Positions 38,794 to 48,366 of a stretch of 64,000 bases of DNA are shown piece after piece. The translations under genes were made by a program, and so were the position numbers. The DNA is from an uncultured delta proteobacterium (GTDB taxonomy: Bacteria; Desulfobacterota; Desulfomonilia; UBA1062), in contig CAWAUM010000005.1 of assembly GCA_963785235.1 (NCBI GenBank), positions 544,001-608,000 of the forward strand, in the 5' to 3' direction. Position 1 is the first letter of the stretch. Every line of letters begins with the position of its first letter. The notes below the pieces were generated by a model that was not told the origin of the DNA, did not search any database, and was given only the letters and a program-made list of their open reading frames with translations.

Positions 38794-39000
38794 ATGATCG
38801 CATTGAGATCTTATGCAAGTGATGGTTCGGTGTTTCAAGTCTACAATGATGACGAGCTCATTGGCCATATCCGCAGGCAAAGCAGCTTGCACGGCGATAA
38901 ATATATGGCATCAATTGATATGAATGGTGAAGAAAAGAGCACTGGTAAGATATTTGATAGTCCTGATGAGGCTCTTCGCTGGATTGAGATAAAGCGATAA
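38794..39000 (+). CDS. Small hypothetical protein, paralog B
   Basis: Shares FQVY.DD.LIGHI, KY.AS.D..GEE, F.SP..AL.WIE with 38145-38348. Confidence 0.75.
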   Translation: MIALRSYASDGSVFQVYNDDELIGHIRRQSSLHGDKYMASIDMNGEEKSTGKIFDSPDEALRWIEIKR

Positions 39001-39242
39001 ATCTTTTCTCTAGGCAACTTGATACCAGGGTCTGAGTAAAGATTATGGTTTCAAATGTTCAGTAATCATAAACCATTGCAGATAACGAAATCTATGGTTT
39101 TGAAAATCCCAACTCAGTTCGTTGCCTTTGACACAGGATCAACGAGTTATTAGCGATATTTTTTCAATAGTATTTCGTAACTTGCCATTCATACTGTACA
39201 GGAATAAGCTGTCGATAACGCAGCATATATGGAGGTGGTTTC

Positions 39243-40013
39243 ATGAAGATTCAACATGTCCGAAATGCATGCATGATCATTCATTACAATGAGCATAGAA
39301 TTTTAGTAGATCCCTGCCTCAACTCAAAAGGCAGCTTGCCGCCATATACCCTTTTTCGTAAGAGGCCTAGGCTTAACCCCATTGTTGATTTACCCCCGAA
39401 TGCGGAATCCATGTTGTCTAAAATAACATCCGGACTTATTACACATTGCCGTTATGGACATTTTGATCATCTTGATAAATCAGGAATTCGCCTGTTGGCG
39501 CAAAAACAAGTCCCTGTATATTGTAACTCCCTTGATGAACCGTCTCTGAGGCGACGCCACCTCAATACAATGCCCCTTACAATGAATCAGAGAAGTCAAT
39601 TCCTCACGGGAAGTATTACCACCTTTCCTACTGCACATGGACACGGTTTAGAAGGTGTACTCATGAGACCCGGAGCAGGATATTTAATTGAACTGCCAGG
39701 GGATAAATCTATTTATATCAGTGGTGATACTGTTATGACTCAAACTGTCAAGCATGTACTCAATGACCTTCGGCCTGATATTTCCATATTAAATGCAGGA
39801 ACAGCAATCCTTGATTTTGGAAGACCCATTCTTATGCCGCTCAATGAGCAGTTGGATTTTATAAGAACCGCACCAGGTAAGGTCATTGCCGTGCATCTGG
39901 ATGCTTTTAATCATTGTTTAACAACTCGTGATATACTCAGAGATGCTGTTTCAAAAGAAGGGTTGTCCAGCAAAGTGATGATCCCGGAAGATGGAGAATT
40001 AATAGAGTTATAA
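39243..40013 (+). CDS. MBL-fold metallo-hydrolase
   Basis: RNAC, LVDP, THCRYGHFDH, YISGDT, AVHLDAFNHC. Confidence 0.9.
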   Translation: MKIQHVRNACMIIHYNEHRILVDPCLNSKGSLPPYTLFRKRPRLNPIVDLPPNAESMLSKITSGLITHCRYGHFDHLDKSGIRLLAQKQVPVYCNSLDEPSLRRRHLNTMPLTMNQRSQFLTGSITTFPTAHGHGLEGVLMRPGAGYLIELPGDKSIYISGDTVMTQTVKHVLNDLRPDISILNAGTAILDFGRPILMPLNEQLDFIRTAPGKVIAVHLDAFNHCLTTRDILRDAVSKEGLSSKVMIPEDGELIEL

Positions 40014-40274
40014 ACTTGGCTATCAAAGTACTCCAACGGACGTGGTGGTGGCGCATAGTTGAGATTTGGCTTCACCCCATATGACTATCTCTTCGATTTC
40101 ATCTTGGTTTTGAGATGGCCGAAAACCGATGGTCTTGGTTTCAGATCTATGGTATTCAGGCTACAAGCTCAAAGTGTCAGCTCTGACATGAACTCATCTG
40201 TTTTTAAGGCCTCGTGGAACCAGCTATTTTTATTGCATAATCAATGGCTCATGATCTGAGTTTGGCGTCAGCAA

Positions 40275-40312
40275 TTTATCAAATTAATCATCTTGGACAG
40301 CACGACCATCTT
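40275..40312 (+). pseudogene. Possible IS4-type transposase scrap
   Basis: Reads KLIILDSTTI, resembling the first DDE aspartate motif; very short. Confidence 0.3.
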
Positions 40313-40536
40313 TGTGCGCACGTAAAAATTGATGTGCTCAACCAGATTTAATCTACTAAACCGGGCGTCTGGCCCAGACGATCCCGCGCGATTCGCTGAA
40401 CTGGCTGATGGTCATAGAACATCCCTTCTAATGATATGGACGTCTTGCCATACCCCTTTCCCCGCATAACGGCCATGATCTTAGCCGTCATGGTTGTTCG
40501 ATCCCCTTCCGGGTTTCCTGCGCGTAGCGGACTCAC

Positions 40537-41533
40537 CTAGATAGCCCTGTTCCTTCCCCTACCGAAGAAGTTCCTCACCTGCTCGGCAAAAGTCTCATAG
40601 GTCTCTTTCGTGGTATATCTGAATGTGTAGCCGGCATCCTTTATCTTCTTGTTGCCGGCGAGCCATGGATATCTCATGAGCGCCATGGGACCGCTCGGGA
40701 ACTCAGTCAGGAAAGAAAGATTCATCTTCCAGGCCAGGTCGGTGGCGGGGCTCAAGAGGAACGGCGGAAGAGGCAGATAGATCCCCCTGGTCATGGCGAC
40801 CATCTCCTTGAAGGTCATGGTGTCGTCCCCGGCGAGGTTGAAGGCTCCGTTCAGGTTGTTGCTCAGAAGAAAATAGATGCTGTCGGCCACATCGTCCTCA
40901 TGGACAAACTGGAATGGCTTCATGTCGCTTGGGAGCATGACGATCTTCTTCATCAGGTGTCTGCCCAGAGGGTTTTTGTAGAAATGAGGGCCGCAGACAA
41001 AGCATGGCCTGATCACCGTGTAGTTCACCTCGGGATGTTTTTTACCTGAATTCCTTCACGATGGTGTTTTCAAGCAATGCCTTGTTCTTCCCGTACGATA
41101 AATCATCGTTGCCCCTTAAGGGGAGGTCTTCCGTAAGCAGTGCGGGATTGTCCCTGTGACTGCCATATGCCGTGGTTGAAGACATCTGCATGACATTCTT
41201 GATGCCGAGCTTTTCGCATGCATTATGAAAATTGATGGTGCCTTTCAGATCGATGTCATCAAGAAGGTTGTTATCATGAATAACGCTTATCACGAAGGCT
41301 GCATGGACTGCCCAGTCGATCTTGTACCTGGACATGACCGGGGTCATGTCATCGCGCACATCGTGCTTGATAAAGATCATCTTGTCCCGGTGGCAGGGGG
41401 GGTCAAAGATATCGATGCCGATGATTTCCCCGATGTCCTCCCGGCTGCTGAAGCGCTCCACGATCCTCTGCCCGACGTAGCCGGACACGCCAGTTATGAA
41501 TACGTTCTTCTTTTCTTTTCGTTGCTCACACAT
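40537..41533 (-). pseudogene. NAD-dependent epimerase/dehydratase split by a 1-nt insertion
   Basis: ITGVSGYVG, SSTTAYG, YGKNK in 41042-41533; extra base at 41044 makes TAA; continues IRPCFVCG, QFVHEDD, FNLAG. Confidence 0.85.
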
Positions 41534-41610
41534 GATATTCCTACCTCCGGTTCACTGTTTATGCTGCTCATCTCAATCTTCCAGCCGAAGCCTCATTTTC
41601 TTAGAGCTTT

Positions 41611-42467
41611 CTAACTGGTCCTCATTCTCACAATGGGCTTGACCACAAATTTAGGGAGGTATTCCGAGAGCCTGTGGGCGAGGAATTTACCACCATGTTC
41701 GAGAGATCGTGGGGCAGATATTTGACGATACCCAAGTGAGTGATCTTGTTCAGTAGCCCGGGCACATACCGGGGTTTACCTTTCAGGAAGGCCGGAAAAG
41801 CCCCTTTGAGCATTTCATCCACATGCAGGTAACTGGTGAGAATGGGGATGAAATCCAGGGGTATGCCCGCATCCTCCATGAGCGCCGTCCGGGTAAAGAG
41901 CGGGTTTATAGCTGAAATAACAACCCTGCTCCTTCGGGGAAGCTCCATCCGCATGGCCTCTGTGAAACTCTGCGTATATGCCTTGGTAGCAGCATATACG
42001 GACATCATGCGAACCGGCTGGAAGCAGGATGCCGAGGAAACGTTCAGTATGGCCCCTTCATTCCGCTCGATCATTTTGGGTAGGAAAAGCCTGCTCAGCT
42101 TCGTATATGCGATGACGTTGAGCAGAATCATCCTTTCCAGTTTGTCCATGGGCATGTCGGCTGTCTGGCCGAACCAGCAGATCCCCGCATTGTTCACCAG
42201 GGTATGGATTTCCCCGACAGATGCAATAACCTCTGCATGGAGCTTTTCCGGTCCATCGGGGGAGGTGAGGTCACCTTAGAAGGTCCAGACAGTAATGCCG
42301 TAGTCCTTCCGAAGTTCTTCTGCCAAACCCTCCAGCCGGTCTTTCTCCCCGGGAAGATCGGCCAGAACCAGATGCGCTCCTTCACGGGCGAAGCACAGGG
42401 ACAAACCCTTGCCGATGCCCATGGAAGAGCCGGTTATGAGCACTCTCTTTCCTTTATAGCTGATCAT
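41611..42467 (-). pseudogene. SDR oxidoreductase with in-frame stop and probable 3' frameshift
   Basis: TGSSMGIG; TAA at 42276-42278 then same frame GDLT...LVNNAG, YAATK; alternative frame near 41685 ends at TAG 41611. Confidence 0.85.
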
Positions 42468-42544
42468 AGTTCTTCTCCTTATTTGATCTCTGAGTCGCTA
42501 TGGCATCGCAAGTCCATGAGCTGCCCGGGAGGGCATACAATTTC

Positions 42545-42973
42545 TTATGCCTCCCTCTGAACTGTACCCTTAGCAACGTCCTTGGTCTTCACTAGGAAGA
42601 GTGCGTAAAGGATCGAGAATACGAAATCACCCAAACAAAGGAGCATCGCGAGAAGGGTAATGATCTTTTTGGGGAAATAGAAGAGCGCCGTGATGAAAAC
42701 TGCCATCTTGCCTAGGATACCCATCCATACGATCCCCCTGTTCTTTTCAGGGTCTTGGGAGACAAAATAATAGCCGATGCCATAAACGAAGATGAGAGCC
42801 CAGGCCAGCCTGAGAGCAAAGGTTGTGGCCCCATAGGTGATCACGGTTTTGAAACCGAAGACGAGCTTGTTTATGAACCCAGGCAGCAACAGGGCGCTGC
42901 CACCGATAGACAGGTTCCAGAGGGCGCCGATCAGAAACAGTTTCGAGTATTTTTCTTTTGTCAGCTGGTCCAT
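42545..42973 (-). CDS. Four-TM hypothetical membrane protein
   Basis: ALWNL, YGIGYY...P.KNR.IV.MG..GK; hydrophobic helices; AGGAG RBS. Confidence 0.75.
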   Translation of the reverse strand: MDQLTKEKYSKLFLIGALWNLSIGGSALLLPGFINKLVFGFKTVITYGATTFALRLAWALIFVYGIGYYFVSQDPEKNRGIVWMGILGKMAVFITALFYFPKKIITLLAMLLCLGDFVFSILYALFLVKTKDVAKGTVQREA

Positions 42974-43092
42974 GATAATCTCCTTTGATTGTTATTTCAT
43001 GGTCCTGTATGATCTTACCTTCACCATACCTGCCTTCACTGATGAAGTTCCTCTTATTCGTAATGAGCTCAATAGTCGCCAGCTAACTATTT

Positions 43093-44331
43093 TCAAACCT
43101 TCTCGAGGATATGAATGGTCATGGCTGCCTCTTCCACACCTAGATTCCCGCCTCCATTTTCCGTCAATCCAATGCGGGCTCCCTCGACCTGCCGTTTCCC
43201 AGCCTCTCCCCGGAGCTGCTCCACAACTTCGTGAATCTGAGCCAGGCCCGACGCACCGATGGGATGTCCTCTGCACTCCAGCCCGCCGCTGGTGTTTACC
43301 GGGATCCTGCCGCCCAGGGTTGTCACCCCGGTCTCCGCCAGTATCCCACCCTCACCGATGGGACAGAAGCCCATAGCCTCACACTGGTGAAGTTCCCCAT
43401 AGGCGGTCGCATCGTGAAGTTCCGCCAGATCGATGTCTTGCGGTCCTAACCCAGATATTTTATATGCCTTCTTGGAAAGTCGTTCTCCTATGTCCACACC
43501 ATCAAGGCCCCTGTTTGTACCAGAACCCAACACCGATGCCCTGATCCTGACGGGTCTTGCATCTTTAAGTTTCTTGAGGAAGCCCTTGGAGCAGATGATG
43601 GCTGCAGCGGCACCGTCCCCCACAGGAGCGCACATGGGCACCGTAAGAGGATACGTGACCGGACGTGCATTCATGACCTCATCCACGCTCATAGTCTCCT
43701 GGTACTGGGCCTTTGGATTCAGCGAGCCGTGGAAGTGGTTCTTGGAACAGATAATAGCAAGTTGTTTCTTGGTGGACCCATATTTCTTCATGTGCCACCT
43801 GGCACCCATGGCATAGGCATCCATGAAAATACTCCTGCCCTCACCTGGGGGTGTCTCGCCGTCTGGAACCTTAAAATCAAGATTTTTTGTGATTTCCTGA
43901 AACATGTTGATCTGCTTCTCAAAGTTCTCGACATCCATGCAGGTGGCATAAGAGCTTAGAGAAAGAGCCTTATTGGGATGAGTGATCTTCTCGGATCCAA
44001 GGGCAAGCACCACATCGTACATTCCTGCTCTGATGGCGGTATACCCCAGATGCATGGCCGTCGAGGCCCCAGCACACGCATTCTCGCAGTTGACGATAGG
44101 TATGCCCATCATCCCGGTGTCCCACAGCATAACTTCACCGCGTATGGAGTGCTGGTTGGAGAACATACCCCAGAACGTATTGGATACAAAAGCAGCCTGG
44201 ACTGCATCTTTCTTCAATCCAGCGTCATTCAGGACAAGCTCCAAGGCCTCCTTGGCCATGCCTCTGACCGATCCGTCGAGGTACTTGCCGAACCGGATCA
44301 TCCCAACTCCAATGATGTATACATCATTCAT
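43093..44331 (-). CDS. Thiolase family protein (SCP-x type)
   Basis: NCENACAGAS, KNHFHG, DGAAA, ELHDA, NTSGGL...GHPIGASG. Confidence 0.93.
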   Translation of the reverse strand: MNDVYIIGVGMIRFGKYLDGSVRGMAKEALELVLNDAGLKKDAVQAAFVSNTFWGMFSNQHSIRGEVMLWDTGMMGIPIVNCENACAGASTAMHLGYTAIRAGMYDVVLALGSEKITHPNKALSLSSYATCMDVENFEKQINMFQEITKNLDFKVPDGETPPGEGRSIFMDAYAMGARWHMKKYGSTKKQLAIICSKNHFHGSLNPKAQYQETMSVDEVMNARPVTYPLTVPMCAPVGDGAAAAIICSKGFLKKLKDARPVRIRASVLGSGTNRGLDGVDIGERLSKKAYKISGLGPQDIDLAELHDATAYGELHQCEAMGFCPIGEGGILAETGVTTLGGRIPVNTSGGLECRGHPIGASGLAQIHEVVEQLRGEAGKRQVEGARIGLTENGGGNLGVEEAAMTIHILEKV

Positions 44332-44475
44332 TCTCTTGCTCCTTTCAGTGCTTTTGTCTCCTTGGTTCTATTTGCTCCGAGCATCTAACTAATAAATGCA
44401 TGGGTTTCTACCCCCATGCGAACCATGGAGGACACATGCCTTATATGCCGCCACCCCGTCAGATTTCCTATGTCT

Positions 44476-46074
44476 TTAAAGCCTGTAGACGTTCGGGGCA
44501 TCTTTGCGGAATTCATCCTTCAAGATGCGGTCGAGATTTTTTTCTGATGCCGATTTTGGAATCTCGTCTACCACCTGGATAAATGACGGTATTGAGTTCT
44601 TTTCAAGAGATGCTGACAGGGTCTTGGAGATCTTTTTTAAATCCAGTGTTTGACCAGGGACTGGGACAACAGCAGCGACGATATCGCTCTCTCCCGGTGC
44701 ACCGGATTCTGCCGGAATCCCGTAAACGCACACGTCAGTTACTTCGGGCAGGTCTGCCAGAGCCTTTTCCACATACTCGGGCATGATGAAATCTCCGTGG
44801 CGCCTTAAGCCTCCGCCTTCCCTGAAGTCAAAGAAAAGCCACCCTTCCTTATCCTTGTGACACATGTCTCCCGACCTCAAGACACCGCCCCGGGTTTTCT
44901 CCTCGGACGCCTTTGCCTTGCCTAGGTATTCAACTTCAGCCTTGCCCTGTTTCGGGACGACGATAAGTTCACCGATTTCACCGGGTTCGCACTCGGAATC
45001 GTCCTGGTGGACAATCTTAATATCCATGACCCCTTCTATGGGCTTCCCGAAAGAACCGATGGGTCCGACGCCCGGAGGATTATGTGCAAACCCTCCTTCC
45101 ACTGCGGCATACCACTCATGGATCTTCACGTTGAACCGCTTTTCAAAATCCACCCAGATACTGAGTGGTGTTCCTGCACTGATAACCTTGCGGACTGGGT
45201 TATCTGCGTCATCAGGCTTCCTAGGCTCGCTATAGAGGCCCATCATCATGCCGCCCAGCAACGAGAACGTGGTACAGCCGTGCTTCCGGCATATATCCCA
45301 CAGCCTGCTCTTGGTGAACTTCCTACTGATGACCGAGGGGATTGAGAGCATAATGGAGGGCACCATGGTTACGGCCTGGGCGTTCCCATGGGTAAGGGAA
45401 AGGCCGGTGTAAAGTTTGTCGTCGCTATTGTACTGCCAGATCATCTCCGCCAACAGCTTGAACATGGGCCAGCGGTTGGCCTTGATGACAACACCCTTGG
45501 GGTCTCCGGTGGTACCTGATGTGTAAATAACCTCAAAGGCGGTGTTTATATCTCTGTTCCTGTCGTCAAACAATTGCACTTCAGGGCCTTTCAAAATCTC
45601 GTTCAGGGATGGGTATTGGGGCTGGAAAGGTTTTTCAAAACCCTCTTTGTAAACGACCCCGAGAACCTTCACTCCGGGCAGCCCATCAAGTGCCTTCTCA
45701 ACATCCGGGGTAAACTCATTGGTAAAGATGATACCCTTGGAATTGGAATCCTTGATCTGGTAGCTCAGCTTGCTACCCTTTGACCGTGGGTCTATGGGAA
45801 CCACGACAGAACCGATCAGAGATGCAGCAAGCAGGGTATAGAGAAATTCCGGATGGTTGCGCATGACTAGACTAAACCGGTCTCCTTTTCCGATTCCCGC
45901 ATCCTTAAGCACCTTTGCTACCTTGCAGCCGTTCAGGAACAGATCACCATAGGTGACAACCTCTTCAGCAAAGTTTTCTCCGTTTTCAAAAATTGTTATA
46001 GGATAATCAGGCATCTTTTCAAACTTCGCTACGACTTCATCTGAAAACAGTCCGGCTACAAAATCTCCAGACAT
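44476..46074 (-). CDS. Acyl-CoA ligase (CaiC-like AMP-binding protein)
   Basis: YTSGTTGDPKG, WYAAVEG, RSGD, IPKSASEK. Confidence 0.93.
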   Translation of the reverse strand: MSGDFVAGLFSDEVVAKFEKMPDYPITIFENGENFAEEVVTYGDLFLNGCKVAKVLKDAGIGKGDRFSLVMRNHPEFLYTLLAASLIGSVVVPIDPRSKGSKLSYQIKDSNSKGIIFTNEFTPDVEKALDGLPGVKVLGVVYKEGFEKPFQPQYPSLNEILKGPEVQLFDDRNRDINTAFEVIYTSGTTGDPKGVVIKANRWPMFKLLAEMIWQYNSDDKLYTGLSLTHGNAQAVTMVPSIMLSIPSVISRKFTKSRLWDICRKHGCTTFSLLGGMMMGLYSEPRKPDDADNPVRKVISAGTPLSIWVDFEKRFNVKIHEWYAAVEGGFAHNPPGVGPIGSFGKPIEGVMDIKIVHQDDSECEPGEIGELIVVPKQGKAEVEYLGKAKASEEKTRGGVLRSGDMCHKDKEGWLFFDFREGGGLRRHGDFIMPEYVEKALADLPEVTDVCVYGIPAESGAPGESDIVAAVVPVPGQTLDLKKISKTLSASLEKNSIPSFIQVVDEIPKSASEKNLDRILKDEFRKDAPNVYRL

Positions 46075-46253
46075 AATCCCTCCTTTTCATCTAGCTATTT
46101 TACAGACCCATGTTGAATGTACGATCAACCATCCAGGCCATCATTTTCATTTGTTTCGGTATGTCCCTCTCCTTCGACCCATTCTCCCTTTAGGGCCTAG
46201 CAATCCCAGGCCCCGAAGGGAGGGAATCCATCATGCGTAGTTGTTGAGAGCTC

Positions 46254-47501
46254 TTAATAGGTCCGTGGATAGGTCTCGATAATTTTATGCCCAGCAGCGA
46301 TGGCCAGGGTATCATTGGAGCCGTCCTCGATCAGTGTCGCCCGTGCATCCCTAAACAGCTTCTCGATGAGGTACTCCTTGGTCAGGCCATTCCCCCCGAA
46401 GATCTGGATAGCATCGTGGGTGTTCTGGAAGGCTGCATCGGTTCCTGTGACCTTAGCCATGATCGAGTATTCCTCAGCCGGGGTTGAGGTGTTCTGGTTG
46501 TAACCAAAGGCTGCCCGGGCCAAAAGGCGGCTCATTTCGACCCTGCGGAGCATGTGGAAAAGAGCCATCTTGACGTGGGTATACTCAATGAGCGGCTTGC
46601 CGCCCTGTATACGCTCTTTTGCGTAAGCAAGAGCCTCATCAAAGGCTGCCCGAGCGATGCCGGTACCTAAATTTGCCATAAAAGCGGTGGTTGCGGAAAG
46701 GACTATCTCAAGCATCGGTTCAAAGGAATCCGGGTCTGCAATCATATAGTTCTTGGGTATGCGCACATTATCAAAGTAGATCTCGCCCTGGTTCAGGTCT
46801 CGCTGGCCCATCTTGTTGAGCGGTTTCCCTTTGGCCACTCCGGGAAGAGTCAAGGGCACAATGAAAATCCCGCTGCCGGCATGTCCCATGGATTGATCAA
46901 CCATGGCAAACAACGCACAGTGAGTAGCGATCGTCGCTCCAGATACCCATGCGGACTTCTGACCGTTGATTACCCATTCGTCTTTCACCAATTTCGCCGT
47001 AATATTGGATTTAATCTTTGGATCTCTGAAGCTGGGGTATCCAGCCATTAAGGTATCAGAGCCATGATCAGGTTCAGTGATGCCCCAACAGCCCCTGATG
47101 CTTGCATCCGTGCATTCGCAGTAGGGAACGAGGATGTCATTGATCATGTCGTCTTCCGGGACAAGAGCTGCCGCAAACGCGTGAAAAGATGCAACTCCAA
47201 GTTGAACGGTAAGGCCGCTACTTCCCCAAGCCAGCTCTTCAATTATTATCGATTGCTGAAGGGTTGTTGCACCCAGGCCTCCATACGTATCCGGCAGAAG
47301 TATGGTGTGATATTTCAGCTCATAGGCCTTTTTCATGAAATCCCAAAAGGGCGATCCAGGGGCAATGACCTCTTCCGGGGTCATTTCATCAAGTTTTTTG
47401 GCAATGGGGCGCATCACCTCTTTAGCAAATTTGTGGGTGGCCTCTTTTATGGCAATATCTTCATCGCTGAGATTAAAATCCAGATCTAAATAATTACTCA
47501 T
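46254..47501 (-). CDS. Acyl-CoA dehydrogenase
   Basis: ITEPDHGSD, INGQKSAWVS, KMGQR, AIQIFGGNG, EKLFRDAR, IEDGSN. Confidence 0.95.
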   Translation of the reverse strand: MSNYLDLDFNLSDEDIAIKEATHKFAKEVMRPIAKKLDEMTPEEVIAPGSPFWDFMKKAYELKYHTILLPDTYGGLGATTLQQSIIIEELAWGSSGLTVQLGVASFHAFAAALVPEDDMINDILVPYCECTDASIRGCWGITEPDHGSDTLMAGYPSFRDPKIKSNITAKLVKDEWVINGQKSAWVSGATIATHCALFAMVDQSMGHAGSGIFIVPLTLPGVAKGKPLNKMGQRDLNQGEIYFDNVRIPKNYMIADPDSFEPMLEIVLSATTAFMANLGTGIARAAFDEALAYAKERIQGGKPLIEYTHVKMALFHMLRRVEMSRLLARAAFGYNQNTSTPAEEYSIMAKVTGTDAAFQNTHDAIQIFGGNGLTKEYLIEKLFRDARATLIEDGSNDTLAIAAGHKIIETYPRTY

Positions 47502-47529
47502 GCTTACCTCCCTTTTATTGAGAAATAAC

Positions 47530-48366
47530 CTATTTTTTCTTTTTATATCGGGCTTCTATCTGAGCGGAATATTTTACACAGATCTCAGGTATCTGCTCAA
47601 ATAAGATCTTATCCATTGCATCCATCACTGCTTCGGAAAATCCAACATTCATGAACTCAGGCGGAGCCCACCAGTCATCCTTGGTCTTGTACATGGGGTT
47701 GCCTCCGCCCGCGAAGCCTGCGAACATGGTGGGCACGCTGCGGACCATGTCTGCCTTGTCCATTTCATAGCTCATGACCTTCTTTGTCTCTTCCCGGCTG
47801 TAATAGACCATGTCTCTGGCAGGTCCCAGTGCCAGGCCGAGTTTTACATTCGAATTGGGCAGGTAGCCCAGTGCCCCGAGTGCGAAACCTACCGACCCCA
47901 TGATTCGGTTGTCGACCTTGTACTGCCAGGCCGAAGCGCAGGCCCAGTCGCAGGCAATGGCACAATCGAGTAACTTCCAGTTGCAGCAGGGACCTCCCAA
48001 TTGGCCTCCGCCTGAGGTCTCTTTGGCATAGGCATTGAATTCTTTGCAGGTATTGAATCCGCATGCACCGCAGTTCCATGCCAGGTCGGAACGGTCGAGC
48101 TTTCCGCCGATGGCAATGATGATCGGTGACTCCCCTTTCTTGAGGCAGTTATTTATGGTCTCGTAATCCCACTGCACATACCGCATGAGGCCTGCCACCG
48201 GGGCCATTACCTCCAGGATAGGCTTCAGGTCTTCTCCCCAGATGATTTCGGCCTCGATCTCCGTCTTACCGGTAATTTGAGGGGCCTTGTGGATTGCCAA
48301 GACAATACTCTTGGCAACTTCTAGGATATGCTCCTGGAGGTATTCTTTACCAATTAGATGTCCCAT
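47530..48366 (-). CDS. DUF2148-type Fe-S protein
   Basis: KAP, NCGACGFNTC, GPCC, VDNRIM.SVG. Confidence 0.75.
   Translation of the reverse strand: MGHLIGKEYLQEHILEVAKSIVLAIHKAPQITGKTEIEAEIIWGEDLKPILEVMAPVAGLMRYVQWDYETINNCLKKGESPIIIAIGGKLDRSDLAWNCGACGFNTCKEFNAYAKETSGGGQLGGPCCNWKLLDCAIACDWACASAWQYKVDNRIMGSVGFALGALGYLPNSNVKLGLALGPARDMVYYSREETKKVMSYEMDKADMVRSVPTMFAGFAGGGNPMYKTKDDWWAPPEFMNVGFSEAVMDAMDKILFEQIPEICVKYSAQIEARYKKKK

Larger units (their letters stand above)
10419..40203. repeat. Dispersed asymmetric repeat family at junctions of the accessory region
   Basis: AAACYRWWGA-N4-RTG(C/T)CA-like copies at 10464, 17585, 20720, 22923, 25810, 28730, 29453, 29974, 37243 (+) and 40203 (-); GAACTGAGTTG..TTCAAAACCATAGA at ~17566, ~25790, ~39120(-). 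Confidence 0.75.

Noticed and set aside
40348-40536. 62-aa minus-strand ORF at the island edge
   Set aside because: May be a gene fragment but I cannot assign a family
42276-42278. Recoded stops (Sec/Pyl) at 42276, 50422 and 11294
   Set aside because: Two are TAA, and all three genes carry additional lesions, consistent with pseudogenisation
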